Below, piece after piece: positions 40,914-50,989 of a DNA stretch of 64,000 nt (position 1 is its first letter; every line of letters starts with the position of its first letter). The stretch is taken from contig JAUQPB010000003.1 of NCBI GenBank assembly GCA_030550585.1, positions 164,333 through 228,332 on the forward strand. The letters are read 5' to 3'. Source of the stretch: Thermoproteota archaeon (lineage in GTDB: Archaea; Thermoproteota; Thermoprotei_A; Sulfolobales; Ignisphaeraceae). The notes below the pieces were generated by a model. It saw only the letters and a list, made by a program, of their open reading frames with translations, ran no database searches and was not told where the DNA came from. The position numbers and the translations under genes are program-made.

Positions 40914-41230
40914 TTTGTAGTATAGCATCTGAGAATATTCCAGAAAAAGAACTGGAAAAGCTGTTAGACCTTACAGCACTAGAGACTAGGAGAAACAGAG
41001 GAAAATTCTTTATACTAATATTTACTGCATCATCAATAAAAAATGTTTTTAAATATCGAGACATTTTTACGAAGTATCTTGATCTTGGTGTAAGAGTCTA
41101 TATAGAAGATAGAAACGTCCAAAATAGCGAATTGCTAAACACATGTACAAAAATATTGTATTCTAAAAACGATCCTGGTATACAAAGTTTGATTAATAAC
41201 ATTGAAAGTGCAAATGCCACGGCAATCTAA
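40910..41230 (+). CDS. Hypothetical protein
   Basis: ATGA overlap with the cysS stop codon. Confidence 0.55.
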   Translation: MICSIASENIPEKELEKLLDLTALETRRNRGKFFILIFTASSIKNVFKYRDIFTKYLDLGVRVYIEDRNVQNSELLNTCTKILYSKNDPGIQSLINNIESANATAI

Positions 41231-41603
41231 GGAAAATTGTATGCGAGGTCCCCGTCGCTCCACCCAACATCACAAGTCAGAGATGCTCCTTAGGTCATCC
41301 CTCTACAAATCTTTGAATGCTAAAACGAAATTAAGCTTATACGCCGCAAAATGTGAGATTTGCAAAGATAGGTCAGCCAGATATGTGTGTACAATATGCA
41401 ATAGATATGTGTGTGAAGAACATTACGATGAAAAAAATAGAATGTGTACAATATGCGCCGAGACATTATGCGATATATGCAGAGGTTCTTTGTCTATAGG
41501 TAGATGCAGCAATTGTGGAAGAAAGGTATGCCATAATTGCTCTGTTGAAATAGATGAAGTGCATAGGTTATGCTACTTCTGTTTGATATCAAGGAAAATA
41601 TAA
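41202..41603 (+). CDS. Cys-rich zinc-finger protein (B-box/AN1-like repeats)
   Basis: Multiple CxxC/CxxH pairs arranged as two repeats. True start probably further downstream. Confidence 0.65.
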   Translation: MKVQMPRQSKENCMRGPRRSTQHHKSEMLLRSSLYKSLNAKTKLSLYAAKCEICKDRSARYVCTICNRYVCEEHYDEKNRMCTICAETLCDICRGSLSIGRCSNCGRKVCHNCSVEIDEVHRLCYFCLISRKI

Positions 41604-41769
41604 ATTTGCTTATTCAATTTCAATTTAGGTGTTAAAAACATTACGAACTCTTAATCAGATATGCTCTTGAATGTTTTCAAAGCTTTTAAACCTTTCACAA
41701 AAGTAAAATAAAGGTAGCTCTTCGCTATAAAGTATACATCAATTAAGAAAACGCTAGAGGATACAGGAT

Positions 41770-42288
41770 ATGAACATCTCCTATATGCTAAGATATGCCC
41801 AAACATTAGAAAAAGTATATGAAGACACATTGAAGAAAGCGACTTCAAGTAAGGCTGATAAAAGATATATTCAAGTTTTATCAGAGGTGGTATCCTTCAT
41901 AACATCAATCAGAGCTTTCTTGAGCAAAGCATCTACAATGGATAAAGCATTTAGCGATATAAAGAATGGTAGGATATGCTTCAAGTGGTTTTACGTGGAA
42001 GATGGCCCAATTGTATCGTTATCTAGAATCGATCCACAAATAAGCATTTCATATGATGGTGCATCTATTACTGCTTCCTATCATCAAAACTCGATATCAC
42101 TCAATGAAAGAGAGATAAAAATAAAGTACAATGAATTCAATGATACTATTTTAATAAGCGATGCTGACAATATTGTTACTAAAAGATCTGTTATTATGAG
42201 ATTGGTTGGCGAAGTCTCTACGGCGCTACTAAAATATGCAGATGAATTTAGCATTTGTGTCAAAGCTGCTAAGCCTTTGCCATCATAG
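41770..42288 (+). CDS. Hypothetical protein
   Basis: 172-aa ORF preceded by an SD-like AGGA; no motif recognised. Confidence 0.6.
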   Translation: MNISYMLRYAQTLEKVYEDTLKKATSSKADKRYIQVLSEVVSFITSIRAFLSKASTMDKAFSDIKNGRICFKWFYVEDGPIVSLSRIDPQISISYDGASITASYHQNSISLNEREIKIKYNEFNDTILISDADNIVTKRSVIMRLVGEVSTALLKYADEFSICVKAAKPLPS

Positions 42289-42539
42289 CTAAGCCGGTCT
42301 ATTCCATTATCTTAAAGAATGACGTCTATTTAGCTTCATGCCGAACATTCAAAGGATGGAAGCAACCCTAACAACTATTAGTATTTGCGTGGCGTTAAAA
42401 AGGTATCAAGGTCATGAGGAAACCCATGCGGTAAAATACATATTCAGGATCTGCAGATAGTGTTCTGCCCCAGCTCTTGGTTAAAGTTAAAAATAGCAAA
42501 GTAATCATGTACGCAATTAGACATTGTATTGATATGTTG

Positions 42540-42603
42540 AGATCAGTTGGGGATTCTAACATCATTTTATTTTATCAGCTGAGGCATGGGCTTCATCACA
42601 TTC
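42540..42603 (-). ncRNA. Box C/D guide sRNA
   Basis: Minus strand reads GTGATGA(42599)-agcccatgcctcag-CTGA-taaaataaa-ATGATGT-tagaatccccaa-CTGA(42543). Confidence 0.88.
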
Positions 42604-42617
42604 CTAATTATATTAGA

Positions 42618-43331
42618 TTACACTAGTACCTGCCACTTCTTTAATGTTGTGTTGTATACAAGTAGTGCAGATTCCTTGAGTTTTTTGAAGAGCCGCAGGT
42701 CTATTGCATCTAAGATTTTTTGTAGTTCTTCATCATTATTAGTATTCAAGCTTTCTATTTTCTTAATAAATTCATTCCAATAAGCAGGTTCTACTGCTAT
42801 TCTCTCGTCCTTTCCTTCAATGATTTTTGCTCCTTCTCTTTCAAGCTTGCTGAAGAAACTATCTCTATCTCTTATTCTTGTTGCAATATCTCTTTCAAAT
42901 ATTACCTTTTGCTCACGGAGAATGTCTATAGCTGATTTCTTGCTTCCTCCCTTCTTCTCCTTACCCACAGATTTTTCAGAGGCTTGATAAGAGGAGACTA
43001 TTTTCTCTTCTAGGATCTTCACCCTTTCTTCCAATGCTTCTAGCCTCTCAATAAATTCACCGTACCTTCTATTGAGCTCGTCTATTTTTGATGTAAAAGG
43101 ATTGATTTTATCTTGTATTCTACGCTCAAGAAGCTGAACTATCTTATCAGCTGTTACAGTAGTTGATTTCTCTGTCTTTTCTGTCGTCTCTTTCGCTACG
43201 GGTTCCCTCCCTAGGCTTTTAGCTATTAGAGCTCTAGCATACTCGGAAACAGTTAGAAAACCTTCTGACTTAGCCCTAGCCAACAACTCTTCATATGTTT
43301 TCTCATCGACTCTTATTATAATGGTTTTCAT
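42618..43331 (-). CDS. Ribbon-helix-helix (CopG-like) + coiled-coil protein
   Basis: N-terminal KTIIIRVDEKTYEEL..TVSEYARALI and a central heptad coiled coil. Confidence 0.75.
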   Translation of the reverse strand: MKTIIIRVDEKTYEELLARAKSEGFLTVSEYARALIAKSLGREPVAKETTEKTEKSTTVTADKIVQLLERRIQDKINPFTSKIDELNRRYGEFIERLEALEERVKILEEKIVSSYQASEKSVGKEKKGGSKKSAIDILREQKVIFERDIATRIRDRDSFFSKLEREGAKIIEGKDERIAVEPAYWNEFIKKIESLNTNNDEELQKILDAIDLRLFKKLKESALLVYNTTLKKWQVLV

Positions 43332-43389
43332 TATTTAACCTACAGCCACTACTTAGTTATTTTATTGTATAAAAAGTGTTAAATTTTTA

Positions 43390-44583
43390 TCATATCTCAA
43401 CATATTTAAGTTGCTCTAATACATATTGCCTTATTTCATATGGTTTTGGAAGCTGAGACAATATTTTTCCATCTTCTAGCACCTTGCTAAGCATAGGCTT
43501 TGCTACTTCACCATTGCTACATACAATAGTTTTCCCTGGTACATCTACATAATCTTCAATAATTGGTTTACATCTATATAATTGCTTAAACCCTGGAAGC
43601 TTACCCCGTTTTGTAATAGGAATCCATCTTCCTTCTTTTTCGTCATATATTTCTACAATATCCATGCTCAAATCAACTGATGGTGGAAATGCTATTGATG
43701 TACCAACACCAAAAACATCTGCAACATCTCTCAATTTTTCTATATTATCTTCATCAAGCCCACCGCTTATAACTATCTTAACGTCTTCATATCCATGGAG
43801 TTTAAGAGTCCATTTAACCTCTTGAGCAATTAGATAGATGTCTCCTCTTCTACTTCTCGGAGTGTCGAGTCTAACTCCCCACAGTTTTTTTCCAAGAGCT
43901 TGCGCAGCAAGCAAACTTTCATAACGCTCATCATAGAATGTGTCAACAAGAGCTATGCGAGGAACATCTTCTGGCATTACATTGTCAAATGCTTTCCATG
44001 CTTTAACGGGATCTCCAAAAACTATTATTAGTGCATGTGGTATTGTCCCCCTTGGCTCAACACCAATGTATTCTTTGCTAAAGGCTCCGGAAACAGCATC
44101 ACAACCGCCTATATAAGCAGCTCTATCCAATGCAGGTGCCACTGCTGGATGTTGGGCCCTTAATCCAAAGAATATCACTTGTTTATCGCCAGCCTTCTTC
44201 TTTATTCTAGCTGCCTTTGTAGATACGCTACTATAAAATCTCAATATACCTAATAATGATGTTTCTATTTCTATTATATCACATATCCTACCTTCCAAAA
44301 CAGCTAGTGGCTGTAATGATGAAAACAATGTTCCTTCGGGCACAGAATAAAACGTTACACGCAAATTTTGCAATAGCGCTAAAGCCTCTTCTAGACCTGT
44401 GAAAACAGCCCATTTGTAATTATTTGGAAGACCATATGCATGAATCTCATATCTAACAATTTTGTCGCAAAGACCGTACCTTTTCAAAATCTCTTTACTT
44501 CTAACAAAGTATATGTCTGTAGCATACCCTTTTCTAATCTCCTCTTCACTAAGTATATAAAGTCTTGGATTAGAACCCGTCAT
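43390..44583 (-). CDS. pncB: Nicotinate phosphoribosyltransferase
   Basis: TDIYF, FGLRAQHP, GTIPHA, LVDTF, VRLDTP, SGGLD and FGVGT. Confidence 0.92.
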   Translation of the reverse strand: MTGSNPRLYILSEEEIRKGYATDIYFVRSKEILKRYGLCDKIVRYEIHAYGLPNNYKWAVFTGLEEALALLQNLRVTFYSVPEGTLFSSLQPLAVLEGRICDIIEIETSLLGILRFYSSVSTKAARIKKKAGDKQVIFFGLRAQHPAVAPALDRAAYIGGCDAVSGAFSKEYIGVEPRGTIPHALIIVFGDPVKAWKAFDNVMPEDVPRIALVDTFYDERYESLLAAQALGKKLWGVRLDTPRSRRGDIYLIAQEVKWTLKLHGYEDVKIVISGGLDEDNIEKLRDVADVFGVGTSIAFPPSVDLSMDIVEIYDEKEGRWIPITKRGKLPGFKQLYRCKPIIEDYVDVPGKTIVCSNGEVAKPMLSKVLEDGKILSQLPKPYEIRQYVLEQLKYVEI

Positions 44584-44633
44584 TCAAGACTCCTTAAAAA
44601 TCTTGCGTATCGCTAAAGAAGTTTTATCTAAAT

Positions 44634-44897
44634 CTACTTTTCTTTGCTACCCTCTATTTTTACTCCTTTTTCTTCAGCTATTTTTCTAGGCATTATTGTA
44701 ATTATGCCTGTTTCTTCTTCCTTAATAACTACAAATTCCTTGCCATATTTATCCACAATATTTCTCGGTACATACAAGTTTAATGACAGTGTGTAGTAGT
44801 CATAACTATATGTTTTGTCTCTTATGTGCTTTTTGCCCACGATCCTTCGCGCCTCTACGAGCCTAGCCTTTGTTCTTCCTCCTATATTCAAACTCAT
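44634..44897 (-). CDS. Small basic conserved crenarchaeal protein (possible AbrB-like swapped hairpin)
   Basis: LYVPRNIVDKYG..IITIMP resembles the IP..I..G..I.I.P pattern; SD GGTGA upstream. Confidence 0.6.
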   Translation of the reverse strand: MSLNIGGRTKARLVEARRIVGKKHIRDKTYSYDYYTLSLNLYVPRNIVDKYGKEFVVIKEEETGIITIMPRKIAEEKGVKIEGSKEK

Positions 44898-44967
44898 TGT
44901 TTCTCACCATAGGGTTTTCAGCTATTATTTTAACAAAAATAAGCTTTACTGAGATAAAAAAGCGTTA

Positions 44968-47886
44968 TTACTCAACGTATATACCAGGTCTTAGAGGTTG
45001 TGCTATTCTCTTCTTTGCTCCATAGTCTGGTGCTGCCGGGTCTTCCGCATCATATATCATAACCTTTGCGTTGATCTTCTTTTCGATATACATTTTTGTT
45101 ATCTTTAGAGCTTCTAGCTCATCAATATCACTTTCTATATAGAGTTTCCTAAGATCCTCCGGCACCGTTACTGCAATATCGTAAAGCGCTTTGATTACCT
45201 TTCCAAATTCTTTTTTGCTTAAATTCATTTCTTTAGAAACATTATCTATTATTTCATTCACTTTTAAACCAGTTGATAATGCTTTGAGCACATTCTTCAT
45301 GATCTTCTGCATGCTCTTTGAAGCAACATACACAATAACTAGATTGATACTAGGCTTTTTCAAGGCTTTCACTATATTACTAACATGATCTATTATCATA
45401 TCAGCATATCTAAGCGACATTAACATGTTTTTGTCGTAGCCCTTGGGCAGCTCTAGCACCTTTGCCGATATTCTACCCTCAGCAAAGGTTTTGCTCCATA
45501 TCTCCTCTGCTATATATGGTGTGTAAATGCTTATTAGACCAAGCCATATTCTAATCACATTTATAATCCTCCTTGAAGGTGTTTCAACAAGCTTTAGATA
45601 TGAATCTATCAACTCTTTTATTTCATAGAATATCTTGATCCCTGCCTCCCTTAATTTATACTCCTCTAATAGCTTCATTATTTCGTTAACAATGTAATCA
45701 AATTTTGCAAGAAACAGTTGATCGAGAGTTGTTTCCTCTGCTCTTAGCCTAGACGCATTATTATAGATTCGAATTATTGTATCATGTATTTCTAGTAACA
45801 GCTGAGGATATTCAGACTTGCCTAATTTGCTAAGCATATCCATGTCTATGTTTTCATCCTGATAAACCTCTGCATTCAGCGCCAGCAACAGCCTAACTAT
45901 ATCTGTCCCATATTCATCGATAAGATTCTTAAGCGGTATTATATTTCTTGCAGATTTGCTCATCTTCTGCTGTTTTATGAGAACCCATCCATTAGCTATT
46001 ATACCCCTAGGCCATAGGCTACTTGGAAACAAAGCTACATGGTTAAATATGAAGAATGTGAGGTGATTTGGAATCAAATCTTTACCGCTAACCCTCATAT
46101 CTAGGGGATACCAATACAAGAATTCTTTTCTTAAATAATCGACAACCTTGCTTTCAACATTAATTAACTTGGCCACATTTCCTACATCACCCCTACCCAG
46201 GAATACGTAATCCCAGAATTCCTTGGGCAATGCCTTGATTCCACGCAGAGCCTCTCTAATTCTGTGAACCACAGTATAAAAGGCCATGTATATAGTTGAG
46301 TCGCTAAGGCTTTCAATAATCCATTTTTCATCCCAAGGCAGAGGTGTTCCAAGCCCCCTAGTCCTTGCACATGCTCTTCTTTTAAGCCAATCTATTGTTG
46401 CTTCAAATTGTGCTCGAGCTTCTGGAGGCACTATCTTCATTTTCTCTAAAGCTTCTCTTGCAATGGTCTTCCAAGATTCGCTTCCATAATTTATGAACCA
46501 CTGGTCCTTCAATAGCTTCACAACAATTTCTGTGCCACATCTACAGTAGACAGGTTTGTTCAATATTTCATATATGATTGTGCCCAGATTGTTATTCACT
46601 ATAAGGCTCTCCATAGCTTCTCGAGCATTCTTGACAGGTCTACCACACACCTCCTTCTCTATATACTCTCTAAATCGATCCAAAACCTTGAGATCTTTGA
46701 CCATAAACCCTCTTTGATATTCCAGTGAATACACATATTTGGTTGCTTCATCAAGCTTCTCCCTCTCTGTTTGCGCCGAGATTTTGAATTGTTTTAATGC
46801 TTGATAAGCTGAGGCAACTCTTTCTCCATCGACCTCGATAATCACCTTTGGCGTTATGTTGCTAACAAGTTCTCTTAATTTATCACTACCTTTAATATCC
46901 TCCAAGGCGATAGCGTCATAGGGGGCGTGAGCAGGGACGCTCATAACAACACCTGTAGCGAATGACGTATCAACAAATGATGCAGGTAGTACGGGTACTC
47001 TTTCTCCTGTGATCGGATTTGTGACAAATACACCGATAAGAGAGCTACCTGGAAGTCTATCTACCACCTCGAAATCTAGCTGATATTTAAGTCTCGATGC
47101 AGCGTCTTCTCCCACGATCCACAAATCTCCATTACTTAACCTTATTTTCAAATAATATTTATCTGGGTTCACCCATATGTTGGTCACGCCAAATATGGTC
47201 TCAGGTCTCAATGTAGCTGTCGGATATGCTACACCATTATCATCCCTAAATAATATTGCCACAAATTCCCCTATCTCTGGCTCAACATCACCTTTAGTAT
47301 CATGCATACCTACAGGCATTTCATGTTTTGGACACCACCCCACTGGATGTGTGCCCCTCTCTATGTACCCCTTCTCGTAGAGTGTGAGAAATTGCCATTG
47401 TATAAATGATTTGTAGTCATCGTCTATGGTTGTGAACTCCCTTCTCCAATCAATTGAAAGTCCATAAAGTTTCATGACCTCCTTTGAAACATTGTGAAAA
47501 TATCTTGCCAAGTATAATGGATCTACCATTTTCTTGATATCCTCATCGACTACACCATAAACATTTTTGAACAAATAAAGCAGATCCTTATCCCCGTTTT
47601 CAATAGCCTCAGCCATTGTTATTATTGGTGTTCCTGTGTAATGGAACCCCATTGGAAACAATACATTGTATCCTTGTAGTCTTTTGAACCTAGCTATAAT
47701 ATCTGCTATTAGGTATGTTCTTCCATGTCCTATGTGAATAGGGCCATTGGGATACATATAAGCAGCAGTTATGAAAAACTTTGGTTTGGAGCTATCCGGA
47801 TCTGCTTGATATAGCTTTTCCTCATTTAGTATCTTACTCCATTTGTATGTTAGTTGAACGAAATATTCGTTAATATTATCAGCCAT
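44968..47886 (-). CDS. leuS: Leucine--tRNA ligase (archaeal type)
   Basis: YPNGPIHIGH, DWRREFTT, ATLRPET, VMSVPAHAPYD, IESLSDSTIY, SGKDLIPNHL and KMSKS. Confidence 0.96.
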   Translation of the reverse strand: MADNINEYFVQLTYKWSKILNEEKLYQADPDSSKPKFFITAAYMYPNGPIHIGHGRTYLIADIIARFKRLQGYNVLFPMGFHYTGTPIITMAEAIENGDKDLLYLFKNVYGVVDEDIKKMVDPLYLARYFHNVSKEVMKLYGLSIDWRREFTTIDDDYKSFIQWQFLTLYEKGYIERGTHPVGWCPKHEMPVGMHDTKGDVEPEIGEFVAILFRDDNGVAYPTATLRPETIFGVTNIWVNPDKYYLKIRLSNGDLWIVGEDAASRLKYQLDFEVVDRLPGSSLIGVFVTNPITGERVPVLPASFVDTSFATGVVMSVPAHAPYDAIALEDIKGSDKLRELVSNITPKVIIEVDGERVASAYQALKQFKISAQTEREKLDEATKYVYSLEYQRGFMVKDLKVLDRFREYIEKEVCGRPVKNAREAMESLIVNNNLGTIIYEILNKPVYCRCGTEIVVKLLKDQWFINYGSESWKTIAREALEKMKIVPPEARAQFEATIDWLKRRACARTRGLGTPLPWDEKWIIESLSDSTIYMAFYTVVHRIREALRGIKALPKEFWDYVFLGRGDVGNVAKLINVESKVVDYLRKEFLYWYPLDMRVSGKDLIPNHLTFFIFNHVALFPSSLWPRGIIANGWVLIKQQKMSKSARNIIPLKNLIDEYGTDIVRLLLALNAEVYQDENIDMDMLSKLGKSEYPQLLLEIHDTIIRIYNNASRLRAEETTLDQLFLAKFDYIVNEIMKLLEEYKLREAGIKIFYEIKELIDSYLKLVETPSRRIINVIRIWLGLISIYTPYIAEEIWSKTFAEGRISAKVLELPKGYDKNMLMSLRYADMIIDHVSNIVKALKKPSINLVIVYVASKSMQKIMKNVLKALSTGLKVNEIIDNVSKEMNLSKKEFGKVIKALYDIAVTVPEDLRKLYIESDIDELEALKITKMYIEKKINAKVMIYDAEDPAAPDYGAKKRIAQPLRPGIYVE

Positions 47887-47976
47887 TTTGGACTACCCTT
47901 TATACATCACTTTAATCCTTTAATAATTTGCCAAAAATAATTTTAAATTTTAAATTAGAAGCTGGATTGGCTGAGA

Positions 47977-48198
47977 ATGTTGAGCAGGTGTACAACTGGA
48001 AGGGATATTGTAAAGGTTATTGTGTACTCAACCATATTCATAGTCCTAATAGACGTGATTATTCTACTTATTCTAAGTTTGATAACTATATTACGAAAGG
48101 CTCTCGGTGATGGACTTTCACTATCACTGTTGATTTTTATCGGTCTTCTTATAATCTATGGACTTTACACACTATTACGAAGAATTCTAAATTTGTGA
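47977..48198 (+). CDS. Small two-TM membrane protein
   Basis: Two hydrophobic helices; divergent from leuS. Confidence 0.5.
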   Translation: MLSRCTTGRDIVKVIVYSTIFIVLIDVIILLILSLITILRKALGDGLSLSLLIFIGLLIIYGLYTLLRRILNL

Positions 48199-48248
48199 TA
48201 CATTGATGCTTAAAACATATATTGCTGTGAGTAGAATTATAATGCGAT

Positions 48249-48308
48249 AGATGATGATCTTGGCCGTAACCGATGGATCTCTAATGAGGATTTTGGTAGC
48301 CTCTGAAA
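48249..48308 (+). ncRNA. Box C/D guide sRNA (first of a tandem pair)
   Basis: ATGATGA(48251)-tcttggccgtaa-CCGA-tggatctcta-ATGAGGA-ttttggtagcct-CTGA(48306). Confidence 0.85.
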
Positions 48309-48310
48309 TG

Positions 48311-48365
48311 GGATGACGAAACTTGCCCCCTACAGATTTGATGAAGATATTATCGCGAACGGACC
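48311..48365 (+). ncRNA. Box C/D guide sRNA (second of pair; D' guide antisense to 16S rRNA)
   Basis: ATGACGA(48313)-aacttgcccccta-CAGA-t-TTGATGA-agatattatcgcgaa-CGGA(?). The D box is degenerate. Confidence 0.6.
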
Positions 48366-48367
48366 AT

Positions 48368-49222
48368 ATGATAAACAATTTCCTTATGTTCCTAAAGAAT
48401 ATGGGTTTTTCTAGTGGGCAAGGAAGCGAGTTTGTGAACCTCTTTCCCTATACATCTAATGTTATATGGGAAAAAGAGCCTCTTCTTTGCCTAGGAATGT
48501 CTGTATGCTATTCCGTTGGCGACAGGGTTGTTGAATACAATTCAAAGAGTTTTAATTATGATAATTTTTCCTTCGATTTTCCAGTTAAAAACAACATTTA
48601 CTGTTTTGATAATCTTTGTAAAATATGTGGCAACAATAATTACATTGCAATCTATTCTTCGCGCCAAATCGATGCACTACAAGTTGTTAGGGCTAAGCCT
48701 TTTGCATTAATAAAAACTGATTTAACAATAGTTAGCGAGTTATCATCGGTCATGGCTATTAATATAGTGGGAGAAAAAGGAGCGGGCTTGTCCGTAGCCT
48801 TTAAAAACCCAGCTAGGATTTCGTACTTGAGCCGCCATCACATCTTTATCGAATACTATGGAGATTGCATATATGTATCGAAGGAGCCTGTGATGATGGC
48901 TATTAGGAGATTGTTTATAGAGACATCCATGCACAGGTCTAACATAGTTATTGGTAGTTTGCACTACATACCTTTTATGGAGGTTGTTGATCCATATTCG
49001 GTTCTAGTTCCACAGAACTTCCATGACCGTTGCATAGAAATGTCCTTGTATAACATTACCGATAATGCCATTAACAGCATTATCAAAGTTTATGGTGGTA
49101 GGGTCGCAAAAATTCAGATAGATGATGTTGAATACGAATATAGACATAATGTTGTAAGAGTGGCTATGGCACCAACATCCAAGTCCCGACTGAGACTTTG
49201 TCTACAACCAAAAACAGTTTGA
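48368..49222 (+). CDS. Hypothetical beta-rich protein
   Basis: Long ORF; start moved downstream of the sRNA pair. Confidence 0.55.
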   Translation: MINNFLMFLKNMGFSSGQGSEFVNLFPYTSNVIWEKEPLLCLGMSVCYSVGDRVVEYNSKSFNYDNFSFDFPVKNNIYCFDNLCKICGNNNYIAIYSSRQIDALQVVRAKPFALIKTDLTIVSELSSVMAINIVGEKGAGLSVAFKNPARISYLSRHHIFIEYYGDCIYVSKEPVMMAIRRLFIETSMHRSNIVIGSLHYIPFMEVVDPYSVLVPQNFHDRCIEMSLYNITDNAINSIIKVYGGRVAKIQIDDVEYEYRHNVVRVAMAPTSKSRLRLCLQPKTV

Positions 49223-49227
49223 TCTTT

Positions 49228-49953
49228 CTACAATTCTAGTTGTGCCAATCTCTTCACTGCTTTAAGTAGCTGTGTCTCATAGGGTAGTCCAACGAATACA
49301 ACCCTACCATTTATCGCAATTGTAGGAACTGTTGTAACAGCATATTTGTCTGCTATATCTGGATTCTCATATGCTTCAACAACTACTGATTTTACATTGT
49401 TAGACCCATATAAACTGCTGGCATATGCAAACATATTTGCTAGCAAGACGGCATAGGGGCAGTAAGGACATGGAGGCGTTACAATAGTTTCTATCGTAGC
49501 TTTGCCTTCCAGCTTAGCCAATTCATTGACTGTTGCTGTAGAAAGTCCATGATCTCCTGTGCTTATTCTAATTATTGTTTCAACCAATGCTTTAATTTCT
49601 TCTCCTGCAGGCATTCCATAGTATGTTATAGCACCTTCAAGAAGCAGTATAGTTGGTACCCTACTAACATCGTATTTCTTAAACATATCATTGCTAGTCT
49701 CTAAATCATATTTTTCAATTACAATAGCCTTTTCAGAGCCTATTGGTGGGCTTGCCTCGATTAAAACATTTAGCAGTTTTTCTGTCTCTGAACATGAGAA
49801 GCATTGCCTATTATTACCAGATGTGAAAAGCTTTAGCTTGACTTGCGTCTTCATATCCCTTAGCGTTTCCTTAAGTGCTTCCATATCACTATCTGTGATG
49901 TCAAACTTAAACATTTCTTCAATATATGGTGGTAAACTGTACTCTGTTGTCAT
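49228..49953 (-). CDS. Protein disulfide oxidoreductase (two thioredoxin folds)
   Basis: CFSC and CPYC active sites, RVPT and TVPT, G.PAGEE; SD GGTGA before ATG 49953. Confidence 0.92.
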   Translation of the reverse strand: MTTEYSLPPYIEEMFKFDITDSDMEALKETLRDMKTQVKLKLFTSGNNRQCFSCSETEKLLNVLIEASPPIGSEKAIVIEKYDLETSNDMFKKYDVSRVPTILLLEGAITYYGMPAGEEIKALVETIIRISTGDHGLSTATVNELAKLEGKATIETIVTPPCPYCPYAVLLANMFAYASSLYGSNNVKSVVVEAYENPDIADKYAVTTVPTIAINGRVVFVGLPYETQLLKAVKRLAQLEL

Positions 49954-50027
49954 ATCTGGTTCACCATACTTGAGACATTTTAACATCTTCTAATTCTACT
50001 TAAAAAGCATTTCTCATGTGAAAATCA

Positions 50028-50849
50028 CTATGAGTAATAATCTTTGTTGATGTATCTTTGAGCTAGCAACTTCACTCTTTCAACGTCGTTGCGTATTTTT
50101 TCATCTTTCAACTCCTCTAATCTCTTTTCATTCGACTGTAACACAAATTCGAATACCTTTGACGAATACACTGAGTTGAGTATCTTAGTGTTTGGAATAA
50201 GGCAGTGTCCCCCTATATAATCCGGGTAGTATATGGGTCTATCATGTAAAACTTCATGCACTTCGCCAACAAATTGTGCAATAGCTTCTATGTCTGCACC
50301 GAACCTCAGGGCTATTCTGTGTATTTCATGCCAAGAAGCTATCATTATAGCTCTGTAAACAGTTTCCCACAGTTTTGCTAGTTCTAGTGACTCTGGTTCG
50401 CCTCTATACTCTTTCACCTTGAATCCAGCAAGAAGATGGTGCAATACAAAAATTGATAGCTTTTCTAATGGAAGGCTTACGATCCATTTAGGCCAAAAGT
50501 ATAGATGTTTAACAATATTTGGATGCTTTCCTCTCACAGGTGAGAAGGCTGTTGGAACAAAGCTTGCATTGTAAACCTCTCTTGTGATCCCTGGAGCTAC
50601 CGTAGAATGTATCACAATATACTCAGGACTGAATTTAGCTACATACTGTTTTACAATATCAACGAATCTTGATGAATAAGGTATTGCTATATGCATGAAG
50701 TCAATGTTTCGAGGAATCTCTTCAAGCCTATTAATGGTTTTGTTGGGATCTATATCATATCCATAAACCTCAAACTTGCCACTATATTCAAATACCTTAT
50801 AAATCGCGCTACCGACCTCGCCAAGCCCAATTACAACTACCTTATCCAA
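50028..50849 (-). CDS. Short UDP-glucose/GDP-mannose dehydrogenase-family protein
   Basis: GLGEVG, HSTVAPGIT, ELAKL (catalytic Lys) and GGHCL (catalytic Cys); no C-terminal domain. Confidence 0.8.
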   Translation of the reverse strand: MDKVVVIGLGEVGSAIYKVFEYSGKFEVYGYDIDPNKTINRLEEIPRNIDFMHIAIPYSSRFVDIVKQYVAKFSPEYIVIHSTVAPGITREVYNASFVPTAFSPVRGKHPNIVKHLYFWPKWIVSLPLEKLSIFVLHHLLAGFKVKEYRGEPESLELAKLWETVYRAIMIASWHEIHRIALRFGADIEAIAQFVGEVHEVLHDRPIYYPDYIGGHCLIPNTKILNSVYSSKVFEFVLQSNEKRLEELKDEKIRNDVERVKLLAQRYINKDYYS

Positions 50850-50989
50850 TCATAATCACCGTTCGTGGTTATACAAATTTTGCAACCTAGGCTTAAAAAT
50901 AGATAGATTCAAATGTTTAATACAAATGTCACTAGCATGAAACGTCTCTTCATAGAAATTGATAGGTATTCCAGCTCAAAGCTAAGTAC

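Noticed and set aside
42289-42539. Unexplained ~250-nt gap with ~40-codon ORFs on both strands and an ATGAGGA box-like motif
   Set aside because: No matching D boxes, convincing hairpins or protein motifs.
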